Assembly (NCBI GenBank): GCA_951406725.2
Contig: OX597828.1
Location: 41,416,001-41,480,000 of the forward strand
Origin: Octopus vulgaris
Taxonomy: Eukaryota
DNA length: 64,000 nucleotides
Direction: 5' to 3'
Shown piece by piece: positions 43,026 through 57,039 of this stretch (the stretch's first letter is position 1; the number at the start of each line of letters is the position of its first letter). A program made the translations under genes and the position numbers. The notes under the pieces are model-generated. The model worked only from the letters and a program-made list of their open reading frames with translations. It was not told the DNA's origin and did not search any database.

Positions 43026-43223
43026 TCACGTCAGGTCGACGATGGGAAGGATGGCTTTCCTTTGCAAATACTGACAGGGCACAGAATCTGTGTCAATACC
43101 CAGCTGGAGATGTTCTCCTGAGGTTACAAGCTACAGTAGCATCCACCCTTAGTGATTAGCCACATTTAAGCGGCAAATATACTTCACGTTGTCGTGCAGC
43201 TATTGTTTATACCTCGTTCAGAG

Positions 43224-43325
<102 letters not shown>

Positions 43326-43340
43326 GTATATATATATATG

Positions 43341-43383
<43 letters not shown>

Positions 43384-43384
43384 G

Positions 43385-43415
<31 letters not shown>

Positions 43416-43529
43416 GCATATATATTTATATATGTATATATGTATATATATATATATATACATATATATTTATATATGTATGTATGTATATGTATATATA
43501 TGTGGTAGTATGACTCTTCCCAAACACAA

Positions 43530-43840
43530 CAGTATATATCGGGTCGGGACCCCCTTCGGTCACGACACTGAACATGAGATTGCACCTAGAAAGTTACCTT
43601 CCTAGTCACAAGTCTGGGCAAGGTGGTTTTATGGAAGACCAGCAGTCGCCCATGCATACCAGCCTCCCCTCTCCACGCCTCCAGTGTTATCCAAGGGAAA
43701 GGCAAAGGGGCCGATACAGCTTGGCACCCGTGACGTCGCAACTCATTTCTACAGCTGAGTTAACTGGAGCAACGTGAAATAAAGTGTCTTGCTCAAGAAC
43801 ACAACACGCAGCCCGGTCCGGGATTCGAGCTCACAAGCGC
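43530..43840 (-). mobile_element. tRNA-derived SINE, same middle module as 35741, different tail
   Basis: Shares actggagcaacgtgaaataaagtgtcttgctcaag; the 3' part is unrelated. Confidence 0.75.
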
Positions 43841-44504
43841 CTAGATATATCTATCCATTTTAGTTGTTAGTTTTTCTCTCATTCCTGCTCGACTTCGGAC
43901 ATCCTCATTCTTCATCCTGTCAATCCGTGTCACACCAACCACATCCCTCAAACATCTCATCTCAAACACATCTAGTCGCCTCCTTTCCGCCTCTCTCAAC
44001 CTTTCACAACTCCAAGCATTTTACTCCCCTCCATCACTCTATATCCCACTTCCTCAGCCACCACCTCCAGCCGCCATCGCATGTGATCCCAGTTATTTAA
44101 AAACACTCACCTCCTCTTACATCTCACCTTTTATACTCACCAAAAGATTTGTGTTGTCAGTTGTGTTTGCTTGATTATTTTTAGAGAGAATATTTTGTGT
44201 TTAGATCGTATTTATTGTTAAATCAATGTTTGCCACCCTCTTGTACTATCTTATATCTCTCCCCACCACTACACACTAAATAACACTATAAAAATAGTCA
44301 AATTTTCCCCAAGAACTTAGTTCAAAATTGAAAACTCCTCTAGAATGGACGAAAGCGCTAATATATGATATATGATATATGATGTATAAAAACATGTAAT
44401 ATACAAATAAATATCTGTAAATATGAAACCATCCGAATTTCTGAGTACCTCATTTCTTCTAATATAAAATACCTTTACATTATCTCCAAACCTTCTAATA
44501 TATA

Positions 44505-44544
<40 letters not shown>

Positions 44545-44545
<1 letters not shown>

Positions 44546-44692
44546 GACGGGCTTCTTTCAATTTCCGTCTACCAAATCCGTTCACAACGCTTTGGTCGTC
44601 CCGAGGCTATAGTGGAAGAAACTTGTCCAAGGTACCACGCCGTAGGACTGAACCCGGAACTACGTGATTGAGAAGCAAGCTTCTTACCACAC
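44545..44692 (-). mobile_element. SINE family B 5' half
   Basis: Reverse-complement match to family B. Confidence 0.8.
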
Positions 44693-45722
44693 CCGGTAGG
44701 ACGAAAAATGTAAAACTTTTCAGCGGGTTTTGAACCGGTGAGGTATCTACGAAATGAATGCCCAACGTTCCCATTCCTTTGTCATACACACCACTCACTG
44801 CCTCTTTACGTTCTGATTTCATCAAGTTCCACCGAAATTTACCTTTGTCTTTCATCCCTTTCGTGGTCGATGAAATACGTGCCAGCTGAGCACGTATTTC
44901 ATCGACTAGGCCCCTCCTGCAAAATTTCAGACCTTCTTTCAGACCTACGTAAGTAGAGCATAATTTTAGCGGGATCTTGTCGCTATTTCTAACAGGTTGA
45001 GCAACTGCATTAGAAGACACTTACAGAAGGTACAATGTTTGTGTTTAATCCCAGGTCAATCCTTATCCAGCATACCTGCGATCAAAGAAAGGGTTATCTT
45101 GAAATATTACTGAAAATAGAGCGTTATAAAATTTAAACCTAGATGTCCAAGTTTTTGCAAATATATGTACTGACCTCATATCTCTACTAAACATGTTGGT
45201 GTTTCTTTTCATATCTAATGAAGCACAGAAGAATCATCTTATTCACAATGAAGTCGTGCTAACAGCCCAGTTTTGCTTTTTCTTTTGTTTTTTGGGTTTT
45301 TTTTTTCTTTTCAGAAATATACTTATAATACTTTTGTAATGTTTGTAACCAAGAAGGAAATTACGCTCGATTTTTTTTTCGTGATCTCTGCATTAAAATA
45401 GTACGATAAAGAAACCACATCAGAGAGCGTGTGTCACTGCAAGTACGATTACTCAAATCCAGCCACTGCCATTATAAGATGATTTTCGCAGAGTCATAAC
45501 TTGTGTAAACACTAACAGAAAAAAAAAATAGGTTGTTGATTCACCTAATTCACAGAAAGCGGTAAATCTAGTGTTGATTAAAACGTGTTGTTTTGGGGTT
45601 CAGTCCCACGGTGCAGTACTCTGGGACTAGTGTTTTCAGTTCTAGCATCGCACCGACCATGACAAAAGCCTTATGAATGAATTTGGTAGACAGAAACGGT
45701 GTCGAAGACCATCATCTATCTG

Positions 45723-45949
<227 letters not shown>

Positions 45950-45981
45950 GTCTGTCTGCCTGCCTGCCTCTGTGTGTGTTT

Positions 45982-46015
<34 letters not shown>

Positions 46016-46017
46016 GC

Positions 46018-46175
46018 AAGCGTGGCTGTCTGGTAAGAAGTTTGCTTCTCAACCTCGTGGTTTCAGGTTCAGTCTCACTGCGTGGCACCTTGGGCAAGTG
46101 TCTTGTGCTCTAGTCTCGGGCCGACCAAAGCCTTGTGAGTGAATTTAGTAGACAGAAACTGAAAGAACCCCTTCG
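46018..46175 (+). mobile_element. SINE family B 5' half
   Basis: Matches the family B head and core. Confidence 0.8.
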
Positions 46176-47049
46176 TATACATACATGCATACATATATAC
46201 ATACATAATGACTGAAAATACGGGATTGTCACGGATGGAATAAATTTAATCATAAGCCAGTTCAACCAGAGCAGACCAATGGCTAAACAATAGTCGCACT
46301 GAATATTCTCAGAATTAAATCCACAATCTTCTATCGACAAATATTCTGCTGATGGTTTAGCCCAAAGTCTGCCCTGATCCAGTAGGCAGACCTATGATCA
46401 GGTACGTTTAGGCATGACTATCCTGCCTTATTTTAAGGCTTAGTATATCTGGGATAACAACACCCAATGTGTTCTTAACTATTCTTTTTACGTAAGTAGA
46501 GCATAATTTTAGCGGGATCTTGTCGCTATTTCTAACAGGTTGAGCAACTGCATTAGAAGACACTTACAGAAGATACAATGTTAGTGTTTAATCCCAGGTC
46601 AATCCTTATCCAGCTTACCTGCGATCAAAGATATTCCAATCAAAGTCATCCAATCTTTTATTCAGATATGACGTATCTAGGACTACATTATCTAATGTTT
46701 CGTGTAGTAGTTGGTATTAATGACTATATCCGTTGTTGTTTAACCGTAGGTTAGCCTTGATCCAGTAGACCCATGCTCAATGATGCCCTGTCTATGATCA
46801 TTTTGTATTTTTTTGTCGCTGTGTGTGTGTGTGCGTGTGTTGGAGTTATAGTGTATTACTGGTAGTTGTAGTGATAGCTTTAGTATTGGTGGTAGTAATC
46901 TTTCAGCTCTCCAACGGTTTCCCTTTTGAAATTAGAAAGTATATGATACTAAAATAACCCTTACTTTTAATATCTTACAAGCTGATCCCTACTTTTACTC
47001 ACAGAAGATAATTCTCGCGGTAAACATTGGACCAAGGTGGGATACCTAG

Positions 47050-48380
47050 CTATGTAGCACTTTAGTTGAATAACCCATCTTTAATGCCACTGGCCAATCA
47101 TTTTCTGGATACAATATTTTTTGTGCATTTAAAATAACAGCAATGTGACATAATCGACATCGGTTGCATCTTTGGGTTCTGTGGTGTTGGTGAGAGGATG
47201 ACGGATAGGGGAGGGCGGAAGTAGGGCTTGCAGGGAGCATGCGCGGCAGGAAGCGGAAGCGGCAGGTTCTAAGGACATTACTGTCTTTTTTGTTCATAAG
47301 TTATTTTATAGCAATTATTCTTCGATTGCAATCACGTAGTCTTTAAAATGTGATGTGATGTAGCGGTCACAAGTCCAAGAAAGGCTTCGCTTCATATTGA
47401 TATTACTACCATCTTCAAGTCTTTGGGAAAACATATCCATAGATAATATTTTATTTATTTTTTGGTATGTTAAGTTTCACATCCAAATCTTCCTTGAAAT
47501 ATGCTAATCCAGTTGGTTTGGGACTGTATGGAAACTCGACAGGAAGAGTGTTTCCTGGGAAGCTCAGTGCCGACACGTACGGTCTTGTTTTCAGCAGTAA
47601 GTTTATATATTTAACTAGCAGTATCGCCCGGCGTTGCTCGGGTTTGTAAGGGAAATAACTATATAAGCATTTTTAGAGAGTTATAGCCAAAGAATAGCAA
47701 AAAAAAAATGCATTAAAAATGGAAAAAAAATGATGGTAATTTTTTTTTAAATCGTTGACTCATCGTAGACATTTTTAGAGAGTTACTTCCCTTATATAAT
47801 AGTGAAAAAAATGCATTAAAATGAAAAAAATGATGGTAAATTATTTTTAAAATCGTAGACTCATCGTAGACGCGCGCTAGTACCCAGAAGGGCTCGATAT
47901 GAATCACGACTATAAGATACCCGCTTTTGGTTACACTGCACCGCAAAATGTGGGAGTAGTTAGGAATCTAAATCGTAGGAGACAGACACACAACTTGACT
48001 TTTATATATAAAGATTTTACTGCTGTTGTTTAGCAGGTGTTGTGTGAGATAGAGAGAAGGGTTATACGACATTCGAAGTTTTTCTGCAGTGATTTCAGGC
48101 CCTTACTTCCTTCATCTCTTCTTATGAAAAGCCTATTCATATCATCGTTTCTGTGGAAGTTTCCAGTTGATGACAGAATCTTGTGTGTTTTAATGCCTAT
48201 GGAGTGGATTTCATCTTGAGACCAGTCAAGTATTTTAAATGCTGGTTGTTATCAATACTGGTACTGAAAATGCATTGTGAAAATAGATTTGGTGTAAGAG
48301 GAAGGTTCCGTCTACCATATTTCTCAAAGGTTGGTGCAATATTTCCGGGTTACTCAATCTTTATTCACAGCATCCTCGTG
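47050..48380 (-). mobile_element. Old R4/Dong-like LINE fragment interrupted by a Helitron
   Basis: Minus frame FKILDWSQDEIHSIGIKTHKILSSTGNFHRNDDMNRLFIRRDEGSKGLKSLQKNFECRI is homologous to ORF 29321; RCRLCH knuckle near 47150. Confidence 0.8.
47615..48014 (-). mobile_element. Complete non-autonomous Helitron (400 bp)
   Basis: Minus: A|TC start, 3' hairpin cccgagcaacgccggg plus CTAG|T, no TSD; close relative at 60162. Confidence 0.9.
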
Positions 48381-48410
48381 TGATATGTATGTGTATACAT
48401 ATATGTACGC

Positions 48411-48482
<72 letters not shown>

Positions 48483-48514
48483 TTATGTGTGTTTTTTGTG
48501 TGTGTATGTGTCTT

Positions 48515-48553
<39 letters not shown>

Positions 48554-49553
48554 TATATCTGAATACGTTTTTATAATATACATACATACATGCATATGTG
48601 TGCATGTATGTACACACACACACACACACACACATACACACACACGCACTCACATACACTCACACACACACACACAAACACACACGCACTCACACACACT
48701 CACACACACACACAAACACACATGCACACACACACAAACACATACACACACACACATCCACACACATACACACACACACATCCACACACACACACACACA
48801 CACAAACACACACGTACTCACACACACACACACAACACACACACTCACACACACACATACAAACACACACGCACGCACTCACAAACACACACACACACAT
48901 ACAAAAACACACACACGCACTCACACTCACACACAAACACACATCCACACACCCACCCACACACACTCACACACACACACACACACGCAATCATATTCTT
49001 GTAATATAGACATTTAGTTCAGCACTCTCGTCTTTTCTTTTAACAGAGAACTGCACCCCAAACTGGGAAATAATGTAGGATAAGAGAAAAAACTAGAGAA
49101 AATAGTCGAAAGAAAGGAAGGTGAAATGTTTCATATCACGTAATAAAATGTGTTTTAATAGACAACGATACAATGTTATTGTCAGTTCAAACAAACAATA
49201 ATAGTGTGAGAGACGGACTCTTATTTATTCACACAAAACATCGTTATTGACCCAGAACATCGTTAAGCTGTATCTGGAGAAATTCTTTTTAATAGACATT
49301 TGCAAAGAGTATTCGAAAAGATTATTATAAACAGGAGAAAGAAAGGATAGAGAGAGGTGGGGGGGGGGGGGATGGAGAAATGTGAAAGAGAGAGAGAGAG
49401 AGAGAGAGATGGAGAAAGAGAGAGAGAGAGAGATGGAGAAAGAGGGGGAAGAGAAAGAAAGAGAGAACGAAGTCTGAATGACACAAAAAGCAACTACAAT
49501 TATATTTTTACTCAATGATATAAGAATTTCTCACGTTAGTTTGTGTGTGTGAC

Positions 49554-49614
<61 letters not shown>

Positions 49615-49994
49615 TAGAGAAAGAGAGAGAGAGAGACAGAGAGAGAGACAGACAGACAGACAGGCAGAGAGGGTGTGTACGTACGAACATTCGTAAATAT
49701 AACATGTAGATACATGGATACACACACACACACACAAACACACATTTGTGTATATGTATTTATGCGTTTATAAATGTAATATATTCATTTATGGACACAA
49801 ACACGCATACCTATTTTCAAGTACATTCATACATAGAAATGGAAATAGACAAAACAAGAAAACATAATCACCATGCCGTTCCCTTCGACATGAACGGCAG
49901 GTAACCAGAACCCCTAAGGGCGGTGAAAACAAACGAAGATTCATTTCTCAATATAACAAAGACTCCCCAACAAAGACCTTTTCTATGTCTTTAG

Positions 49995-50760
49995 AAAATA
50001 CTTCAGCCCTTCTCCTCACAAAACTGCTAAACCTCAACAAAGTTCAGGTGAGGACCACAATGGCACATTGCTTCCACATCTAAGGCCAAAAAATATGCCA
50101 AAAATACTTCAGCCCTTCTTCTCCAAAATTGCTAAACTGCAAGAGAGTTCGGATGAGGACCACAATGGCACATTGCTTCCACATCTAAGGCCAAAAAATA
50201 TGCCAAAAATACTTCAGCCCTTCTTCTCCAAAATTGCTAAACTGCAAGAGAGTTCGGATGAGGACCACAATGGCACATTGCTTCCACATCTAAGGCCAAA
50301 AAATATGCCAAAAATACTTCAGCCCTTCTTCTCCAAAATTGCTAAATCGCAAAAGAGTTCAGATGAGGATCCCAATGGTTCATAGATTCCAAATTAAGAC
50401 GGTGTTGCTGATACATATACATATGATAAAAATACTTCAGCCCTTCTCCAAAATTGCTAAACTGCAAAAGAGTCCGTCTTCTTGAGCTTCCTCGCTTTCA
50501 ATGACAATTCAGACTTTCTGTCCATGACCTCTGAGTTGATTATTCAGTTCCGTTGTAGATGTACATCGTTTGCAGCAGAGGTGAGAGGCGAAAGCTGTAA
50601 CTCACTGTACATCTCCACATAGCTTCCAAATTAAGACGCTGTTGCTGCTACATATATATGATAAAAATACTTCAGCCCTTCTTCCCCAAAATTGCTAAAC
50701 CTCAAAAGAGCTCGGGGGAGGACCACAATGGTACAGAGCATCCAGATCTAAGACGGTGTT
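49995..50760 (+). repeat. 105-bp tandem repeat (near-identical units at 50101, 50206, 50311 plus diverged units)
   Basis: Unit aaaatacttcagcccttcttctccaaaattgctaaa...; open frame of 35-aa repeats at 50068-50385. Confidence 0.9.
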
Positions 50761-51445
50761 GCTTCAACACGGCATCTAGAGAAAGGCCAGTTGACTATAA
50801 CGCGACATTTGTTTGACTCACCAATACAGTCTGAATCGCTTCTGTGTGAAATACATCTTCAGATTTTTATTGAAAATTTCTACGCAAACGAAGGACTCCA
50901 TGCAAAGTACAGAAATCCCAACCATTTTTCGTGGGGCGGGGGAACAAACTAATTACTAAAAAGTTATGAAGCTTTTCAGGACTGGAATATACTAGAGTTT
51001 CAACTAAGATGCGGCCAGTTTCTACTGATTGCCGTCTTTCTTGAGCTTCCTCGCTTTCAATGACAATTCCGACTTTCTGTCCATGACCTCTCAGTTGATT
51101 ATTCAGTTCCGTTGTAGATGTACATGGTTTGAAGCAGAGGTGAGAGGCGAAAGCTGTAACTCACTGTACACCTCAAATTGGTTAGGTCTGCACACGTCAC
51201 CACTCTTACATTGCCATAGGTTGATCAGTCGAAGGGATGGCAAATTTGCTGTTCCGAATTTTACCTGTAGGTGCTCAGAGTCTTCAGGCAAGTGATGATA
51301 TACTTTGCTTGAAGACTCTGTACAACCATAGGCGAATAGTAAGAGACTGCCTCGACCAAAATAATGTTCATATATTGATTCCGATATCAGCATCCTGGGT
51401 ACACAACCGCATATTTTATAAAATATATATTATATTATATTATAT

Positions 51446-51505
<60 letters not shown>

Positions 51506-51506
51506 G

Positions 51507-52074
51507 TAGATGTAATATGTAACAATTATTCGGTAGCCATGATAAAACTCCGAGTTTCGGATGTCGGGGTGGAAATCCATGCCGCTATCTCTTCAGTTAT
51601 CCGGCCATCGTAAAAATGTTCTATTTTACATAATATCGAGGTCTCTTACATTCTTTTGTTGCCTTACCATTTCTATCAATAAGTTACCTCCCGTACACCG
51701 CTATTTTTCCCTAAGGGCTAATTCAGCTTATTAGGGGAAAATCGCCAGACATCGGTTGAGGACTCTGCCCCGCAGAAGAATTAAATATGGAGGCCTACTA
51801 CATCGATTATTCTATGAAAAACATACCTATACCATCAAGGGAACTATACTCTAAGAACCTTTTGGAGAAAATTACAGACCTTATTAAGCGCATGAGATGG
51901 AAAGCTTTCTTTTACAACATGGAAGAGGAGCATTTTTCCGATGACCGAATAACGGAAGAGATGGCGGTGTGGATTTCCGGCTACCGAATAAATGTCACAT
52001 ATTACATTTACAGATAAATTCATCTATTTACATAATATCGAGAACTCTTTCATTCTTTTGTTGTCTTACCATTT

Positions 52075-52077
<3 letters not shown>
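51507..52077 (+). mobile_element. Internally deleted PLE (family X): inverted pLTR piece, pLTR/5'UTR, ORF start, pLTR
   Basis: ORF 51787 YSMKNIPIPSRELYSKNLLEKITDLIKRMRWKAFF resembles invertebrate PLE N-termini; pLTR copies on both sides; (TA)n flanks. Confidence 0.85.
51541..51601 (-). ncRNA. Hammerhead ribozyme motif (family X)
   Basis: Minus: gataa-CTGAAGA-gat..atc-c-GAAA-ctcggag-TT-ttatc. Confidence 0.72.
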
Positions 52078-52167
<90 letters not shown>

Positions 52168-52188
52168 CATACATATATATATATACAT

Positions 52189-52309
<121 letters not shown>

Positions 52310-52427
52310 CATATGATTGACTATGTCTATTTTATGTGTTTTGATATTGATGTAACATCTATTATATAACTAACAGGTATATTTGTAGCCCTCTATCACT
52401 TTGATGGCATGCACTGTTCTCTCACTC

Positions 52428-52489
<62 letters not shown>

Positions 52490-52605
52490 TAATAATAATA
52501 ACAATAATAATAATAATAATAATAATAAATGGCAGTGCCCCAGCATGGCCACAGCTCGTGAGCTGAAACTAGATAAAATAAAAAAAAAAAAATACTAATA
52601 ATAAT

Positions 52606-53160
52606 TGCTCCACCCTTATTGCAGCCCCTATTTGTTCCACTTCTCGAGATTTTTGCTCACTGTTCCCAGGGCTCCGACAGTTGTTGGTACTACTGCTACC
52701 TTTTTCATCGGGCACAACTGCTTAACTTCCCAAGCTAAACTGTCATATCTTTCGACTTTTCTTTCTTCCTTATCGCATACCTTGTTGTCAGCTGGGCATG
52801 CTATATCTATGATCCAGCATAGTTTGTTTTCTTTCTCAATTAAGACTATGTCTGGTTTCCTATTCTCTATCTCATGGCCGCATATTATTATTATTGTTAT
52901 CGTTGCCTTTGCGCAGTTTCTAACACAGGAGGTGTACTAGAGTGACACCTTTGACTTTTCGAGCACCTTCCGGAGTATTCGAGCGGTTCCAAGCAGTGCT
53001 GTTTTCTGCAAGTGCTCCACCCTTATTGCAGTCCCTATTTGTTCCACTTACTTCTCGAGATTTTTGCTCACTGTTCCCTGGGCTTCGACAATTATTGGTA
53101 CTACTACCACCTTTTTCATCGATCACAACTGCTTAACTTCGCAAGCTAATCTGTCATATC
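52606..53160 (-). mobile_element. Two R4/Dong-like 3' fragments
   Basis: Minus frames encode RKPDIVLIEK..IIDIACPAD and the terminal QKTALLGTARILRKVLE-type motif; TAA flanks. Confidence 0.8.
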
Positions 53161-53164
53161 TCTC

Positions 53165-53311
53165 GGAACTAGTCGATTGCACTCGTACTTAAATTTATTG
53201 ATCTCAAAAGAATGAAAGGCAAAGTCAACCTCGGTGGCATTCAAACACAGAACGTAAAAACGGATGAAATGTTGCCAACCACTTCGCCCGGCGTGCTAGC
53301 GACTCTGCCAG
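53165..53311 (-). mobile_element. SINE family A, diverged
   Basis: Reverse-complement similarity to family A. Confidence 0.7.
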
Positions 53312-53379
53312 CACGCAGCTTTTGTATCTCGTATAATATTGACGACAGTAATCTTACAATAATTAGAGCAAAAACTTAT

Positions 53380-53752
53380 ATTGCGTAAGATATGAGCAGT
53401 TCCCACGAGCACTATCTTTTGAATTTCTGCCATTTTGGGGTTTCCTGGTATCTGAGTTAGGTAGCAATCAGTCCCTTTCGCTATCATTCCCAGGGCACCT
53501 ATGACAACAGGTATTGTTTTAGTCTTCAGGTTCCACATTTTGCTGATTTCTATTTCAAAATCTTTATATTTGCTCAGTTTTTGGTAGGTCTTGACAGATA
53601 TGTTTATATCGATTGGGACAGTCATATCAATGAGGAGGCATGTTCTTTGTCTGAAGTCTTTCAATATGATGTCTGGCCTATTTGCATCTATCTTTCTGTC
53701 AGTTTGAATGGTGAAGTTCCAGAGGAGTGAGATGTGGTCATTTTCAAGCAGC
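53380..53752 (-). mobile_element. R4/Dong-like RLE fragment
   Basis: NRPDII..CLLIDMTVP..KLSKYKDFEIEISKMWNLKTKTIPVVIGALG..IQKIVLVGTAHILR. Confidence 0.9.
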
Positions 53753-53797
53753 TTTAGTTTTATTTATAGACTGCCATATTAGTATGGCGATAACTAT

Positions 53798-54024
53798 GGC
53801 GAGCTGGCAGAGCCGTTAGCACGCCGGGCGAAATGCGTAGCTGTATTTCGTCTGCCGTTACGTTCTGAGTTCAAATTCCGCCGAGGTCGACTTTGCCTTT
53901 CATCCTTTCGGGGTCGATAAATTAAGTACCAGTTACGCACTGGGGTCGATGTAATCGACTTAATCCGTTTGTCTGTCCTTGTTTGTCTCCTCTGTGTTTA
54001 GCCCCTTGTGGGTAATAAAGAAAC
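53798..54024 (+). mobile_element. SINE family A, full length
   Basis: Close to the family A consensus. Confidence 0.9.
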
Positions 54025-54544
54025 GGATAACTATTAATGTCCAGTAACGCTGCCGTAATCTCCTTTAGAGAGACTTAGTAATTTTAATATTTTTATTAGT
54101 GTTTGTATTATTTCTGTTTTAGTGCATATCTTGCTGAGGTAAGTTCTCAGCAATAAACGAAAATTACATTGAATAAAATTCATTGAATACACATACAATG
54201 TATGTAGACGATAATTACGATAATTACCGAATTATGCTGACATAGGATGGTGCGCGCGGGCACGCGTTGGTGCGTGTGTGTATATATTTGTATATGCATG
54301 TATGCATACATACATACGTATACACACACACAAACACACACATATGTAGAGAAACACATATTAATGAAATGGAAGGAGTGTCTGACACCAAGAAGAAAAA
54401 TTAACGTCCATATATATTATGTCTGTGTGCGCGTACGTGAGTGTGTGTGTGCATATGTGTGTGTACGTGTATGCGGATGCATATACGTATATGTACATAT
54501 ATATATAGTTATACAGACACACATATATGTATATAGAAATGCCT

Positions 54545-54591
<47 letters not shown>

Positions 54592-54672
54592 CATATAGAT
54601 AAATATACATATATATATAACCACATGTGAATCGTTGGCGATTTTCTTCCTCCTTCTTTTGGACTTTCCTCA

Positions 54673-54708
54673 GTTTCTGAAGAAGACCGTCTGATCGAAA
54701 CGTTAAAC
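54673..54708 (+). ncRNA. Minimal type I hammerhead ribozyme
   Basis: gttt-CTGAAGA-agaccgtctgatc-GAAA-cg-TT-aaac; 4-bp stem I, ACGT palindromic stem III, weak stem II; downstream tail shared with 60046-60150. Confidence 0.78.
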
Positions 54709-55405
54709 CATCTTTCTTTCCTTTCCTAAGCGTCTGCTAATACATTACATGTACCGTATATAGCGAGTATCCCTAAAAACGTATGCACATAGCGAATGAT
54801 TATAAAGCCAGTGGTTATTAAAATAAATCTCATATTCAAAATTTCATAAAATCTACAGAGAATTTAATTTATTATTATTATTATTTATTTTATGAAGCTT
54901 ACTTTGATGACCCTTCTCTCCAAGTACAACTGATAAAACAAACCAATAAAATCACAAACATCGTGATACATTTCGTTCGATGTTTGTGCACATTCTCATT
55001 CAAGGGTTGCTCTCAATCTGGCGATTGTTATCGGTTTTGTATATCGTAAACTTCATATTTAAGTATCCTCATAAAATGACGTCTTGAGGTATGAAGCCTG
55101 TTAAATGCAGGGCGTATTCTACTGAATTTCTTTGTCCAATTCACTCGTTTTAGCAAAATCTAAACAACCTAGGGCAGCGTGGGTGAGCCTAATCTTGCTG
55201 GAAACAAAACGTTACAGCAGTGTTTCCCAACTTATTTTCCCCAAGTCTCCAACTATAACTTACCAGAAAAATGCCTAGTGGTGGCAGGGGAAAAAAAAAC
55301 AACTTTATTTAAAATTTTTTATCACAATTATTTAATACAAAAGATTTTACCAGTAACTCTTTTGTTAAGTACCGAGTACAAAAACGAAAAACAACAACAA
55401 AAATA

Positions 55406-55558
55406 GGCGTGGTTGTATGGTAAGAAGCTTGCTTCCCAGCCACATGGTTCCAGGTTCAGTCCCACAGCGTGGAACCATGGCCAAGTGTCTTCTACTATAG
55501 CCTCGGGCTGACCAAAGCCTTGTGAGTGGATTTTGTAGACGGAATTTGAAAGAAGCCC

Positions 55559-55651
<93 letters not shown>

Positions 55652-55860
55652 TGTATATATGTATAAATCTGTGTCTGTGTTTGTCCTCCCATCACCGCTT
55701 GACAACCGGTGTTGGTATGTTTACGTACGCATAACTTCAGCAATAAAGCAGTTCAGCAATAAAGACTGACAGAATAAGTACTAGCCTAACAAAGAATAAG
55801 TCCTGGGGTCGATTTCTTCGACTAAAAACCCTTCATGGCCGCAGTCAAATGACTACAAGA
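55406..55860 (+). mobile_element. SINE family B
   Basis: Head, internal microsatellite and tail are all present. Confidence 0.88.
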
Positions 55861-56544
55861 ATAATATACTAAAAGAATACTAAGAAAAAAATAAAAGTGA
55901 ATCACTTTCCTGTGAACCTTGTGCCTGGCGTCTACGGAAGGTTTCCTTGATTTGGAGGAGATGATTTTTTAAATTTCAGTCATAAACCACATCGTTTAGT
56001 TGTTTTAAGTTTGCTTCTCATGGCTCAAAGCATATTGTCAACAGCACTAAAGTCACACCCACCCAAGTATGACGTGGAGAAATGAATCTACTTTTGCTTA
56101 AAAGGTAAAAAAAGCATAAAGTACTTTTGCTTTTCAGCAAAAGCGCTTTTGCAAAAGTACATTTCAGCAAAAGTTCTTTTGCTGAAATGGCAGTGTTAGA
56201 GTATTTCCTTTCAACTTCATCACATTATGAATAGGTCAGTAGTCAGTTTGTTCCATGCTTCAGCAACTCTGAGTGTGAAAAAATATTTCTGAGAATCATG
56301 GGAGTTGTGCTGTTTTCTGATTTTGCATCAGTTATTAGCTGCTGAGACATTGTACTCTTTAAAACCTCCATGCTTCCTAAAATTTGCTAACACTACACCT
56401 GACATCCCCCCTCCATACACATGCACACATGTATATCATGACTCATACACTGTTTACTTCCCTGACGTAGTTCTATCTACTATACATGCACCTTTGATGC
56501 ACATGAGCACACTATACACATTATTATTATTATCATCATTATTA

Positions 56545-56997
56545 CTATTATTGAGTGAAAGAGCAGTGCAAGCCATCAAAGTGACACTGGGGTAAAATAT
56601 ATGAAGCCCAGTATACCCATCATGACCACCCGTCTGATAAGGGTACACAAGGTACATGCATCACAACCATATGTGCGCGACATGGTGATTTCATATCAAG
56701 ATAAACAGTGCATGACCTTGCCGGTGGGGCCCAGTTATTCTTCTGGTCGAGTAGCCCATCCCGCTCAAAAGGTCCCTGAATAAGGATTGTTTAAGGATGT
56801 TGAACGAACCACCCATGTTTACAAAGGTGAATTAACCAAACCTCTAAGAATTCCTTTCTACACACGGATATGATGCTCTCCCACTACTTCTGCTCATGAT
56901 CAGTGATGCACATATCGTCAGCCACTAAGGGACATGCTCAACTGGTTAAGGTCAAACAACTGACAAACAAATCTGTGGTATTGAGCAGAATATTTGT
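56545..56997 (-). mobile_element. Unclassified (TAA)n-associated repeat, 3' part
   Basis: Overlaps the 32041 element in sequence; its 3' end matches 52395-52430 (cactttgatggc..cactcaataataa). Confidence 0.75.
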
Positions 56998-57039
56998 GAA
57001 AAAAATGTCGTTGAAGAGAACACCACACCCACCACAAAC

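Noticed and set aside
49995-50400. CRISPR-like array (also considered for 21031-21603)
   Set aside because: Units are contiguous tandem copies with no unique spacers, in a eukaryotic context.
56115-56190. Small nested palindromes (cagcaaaag/cttttgctg)
   Set aside because: Too short and AT-rich to assign a function.
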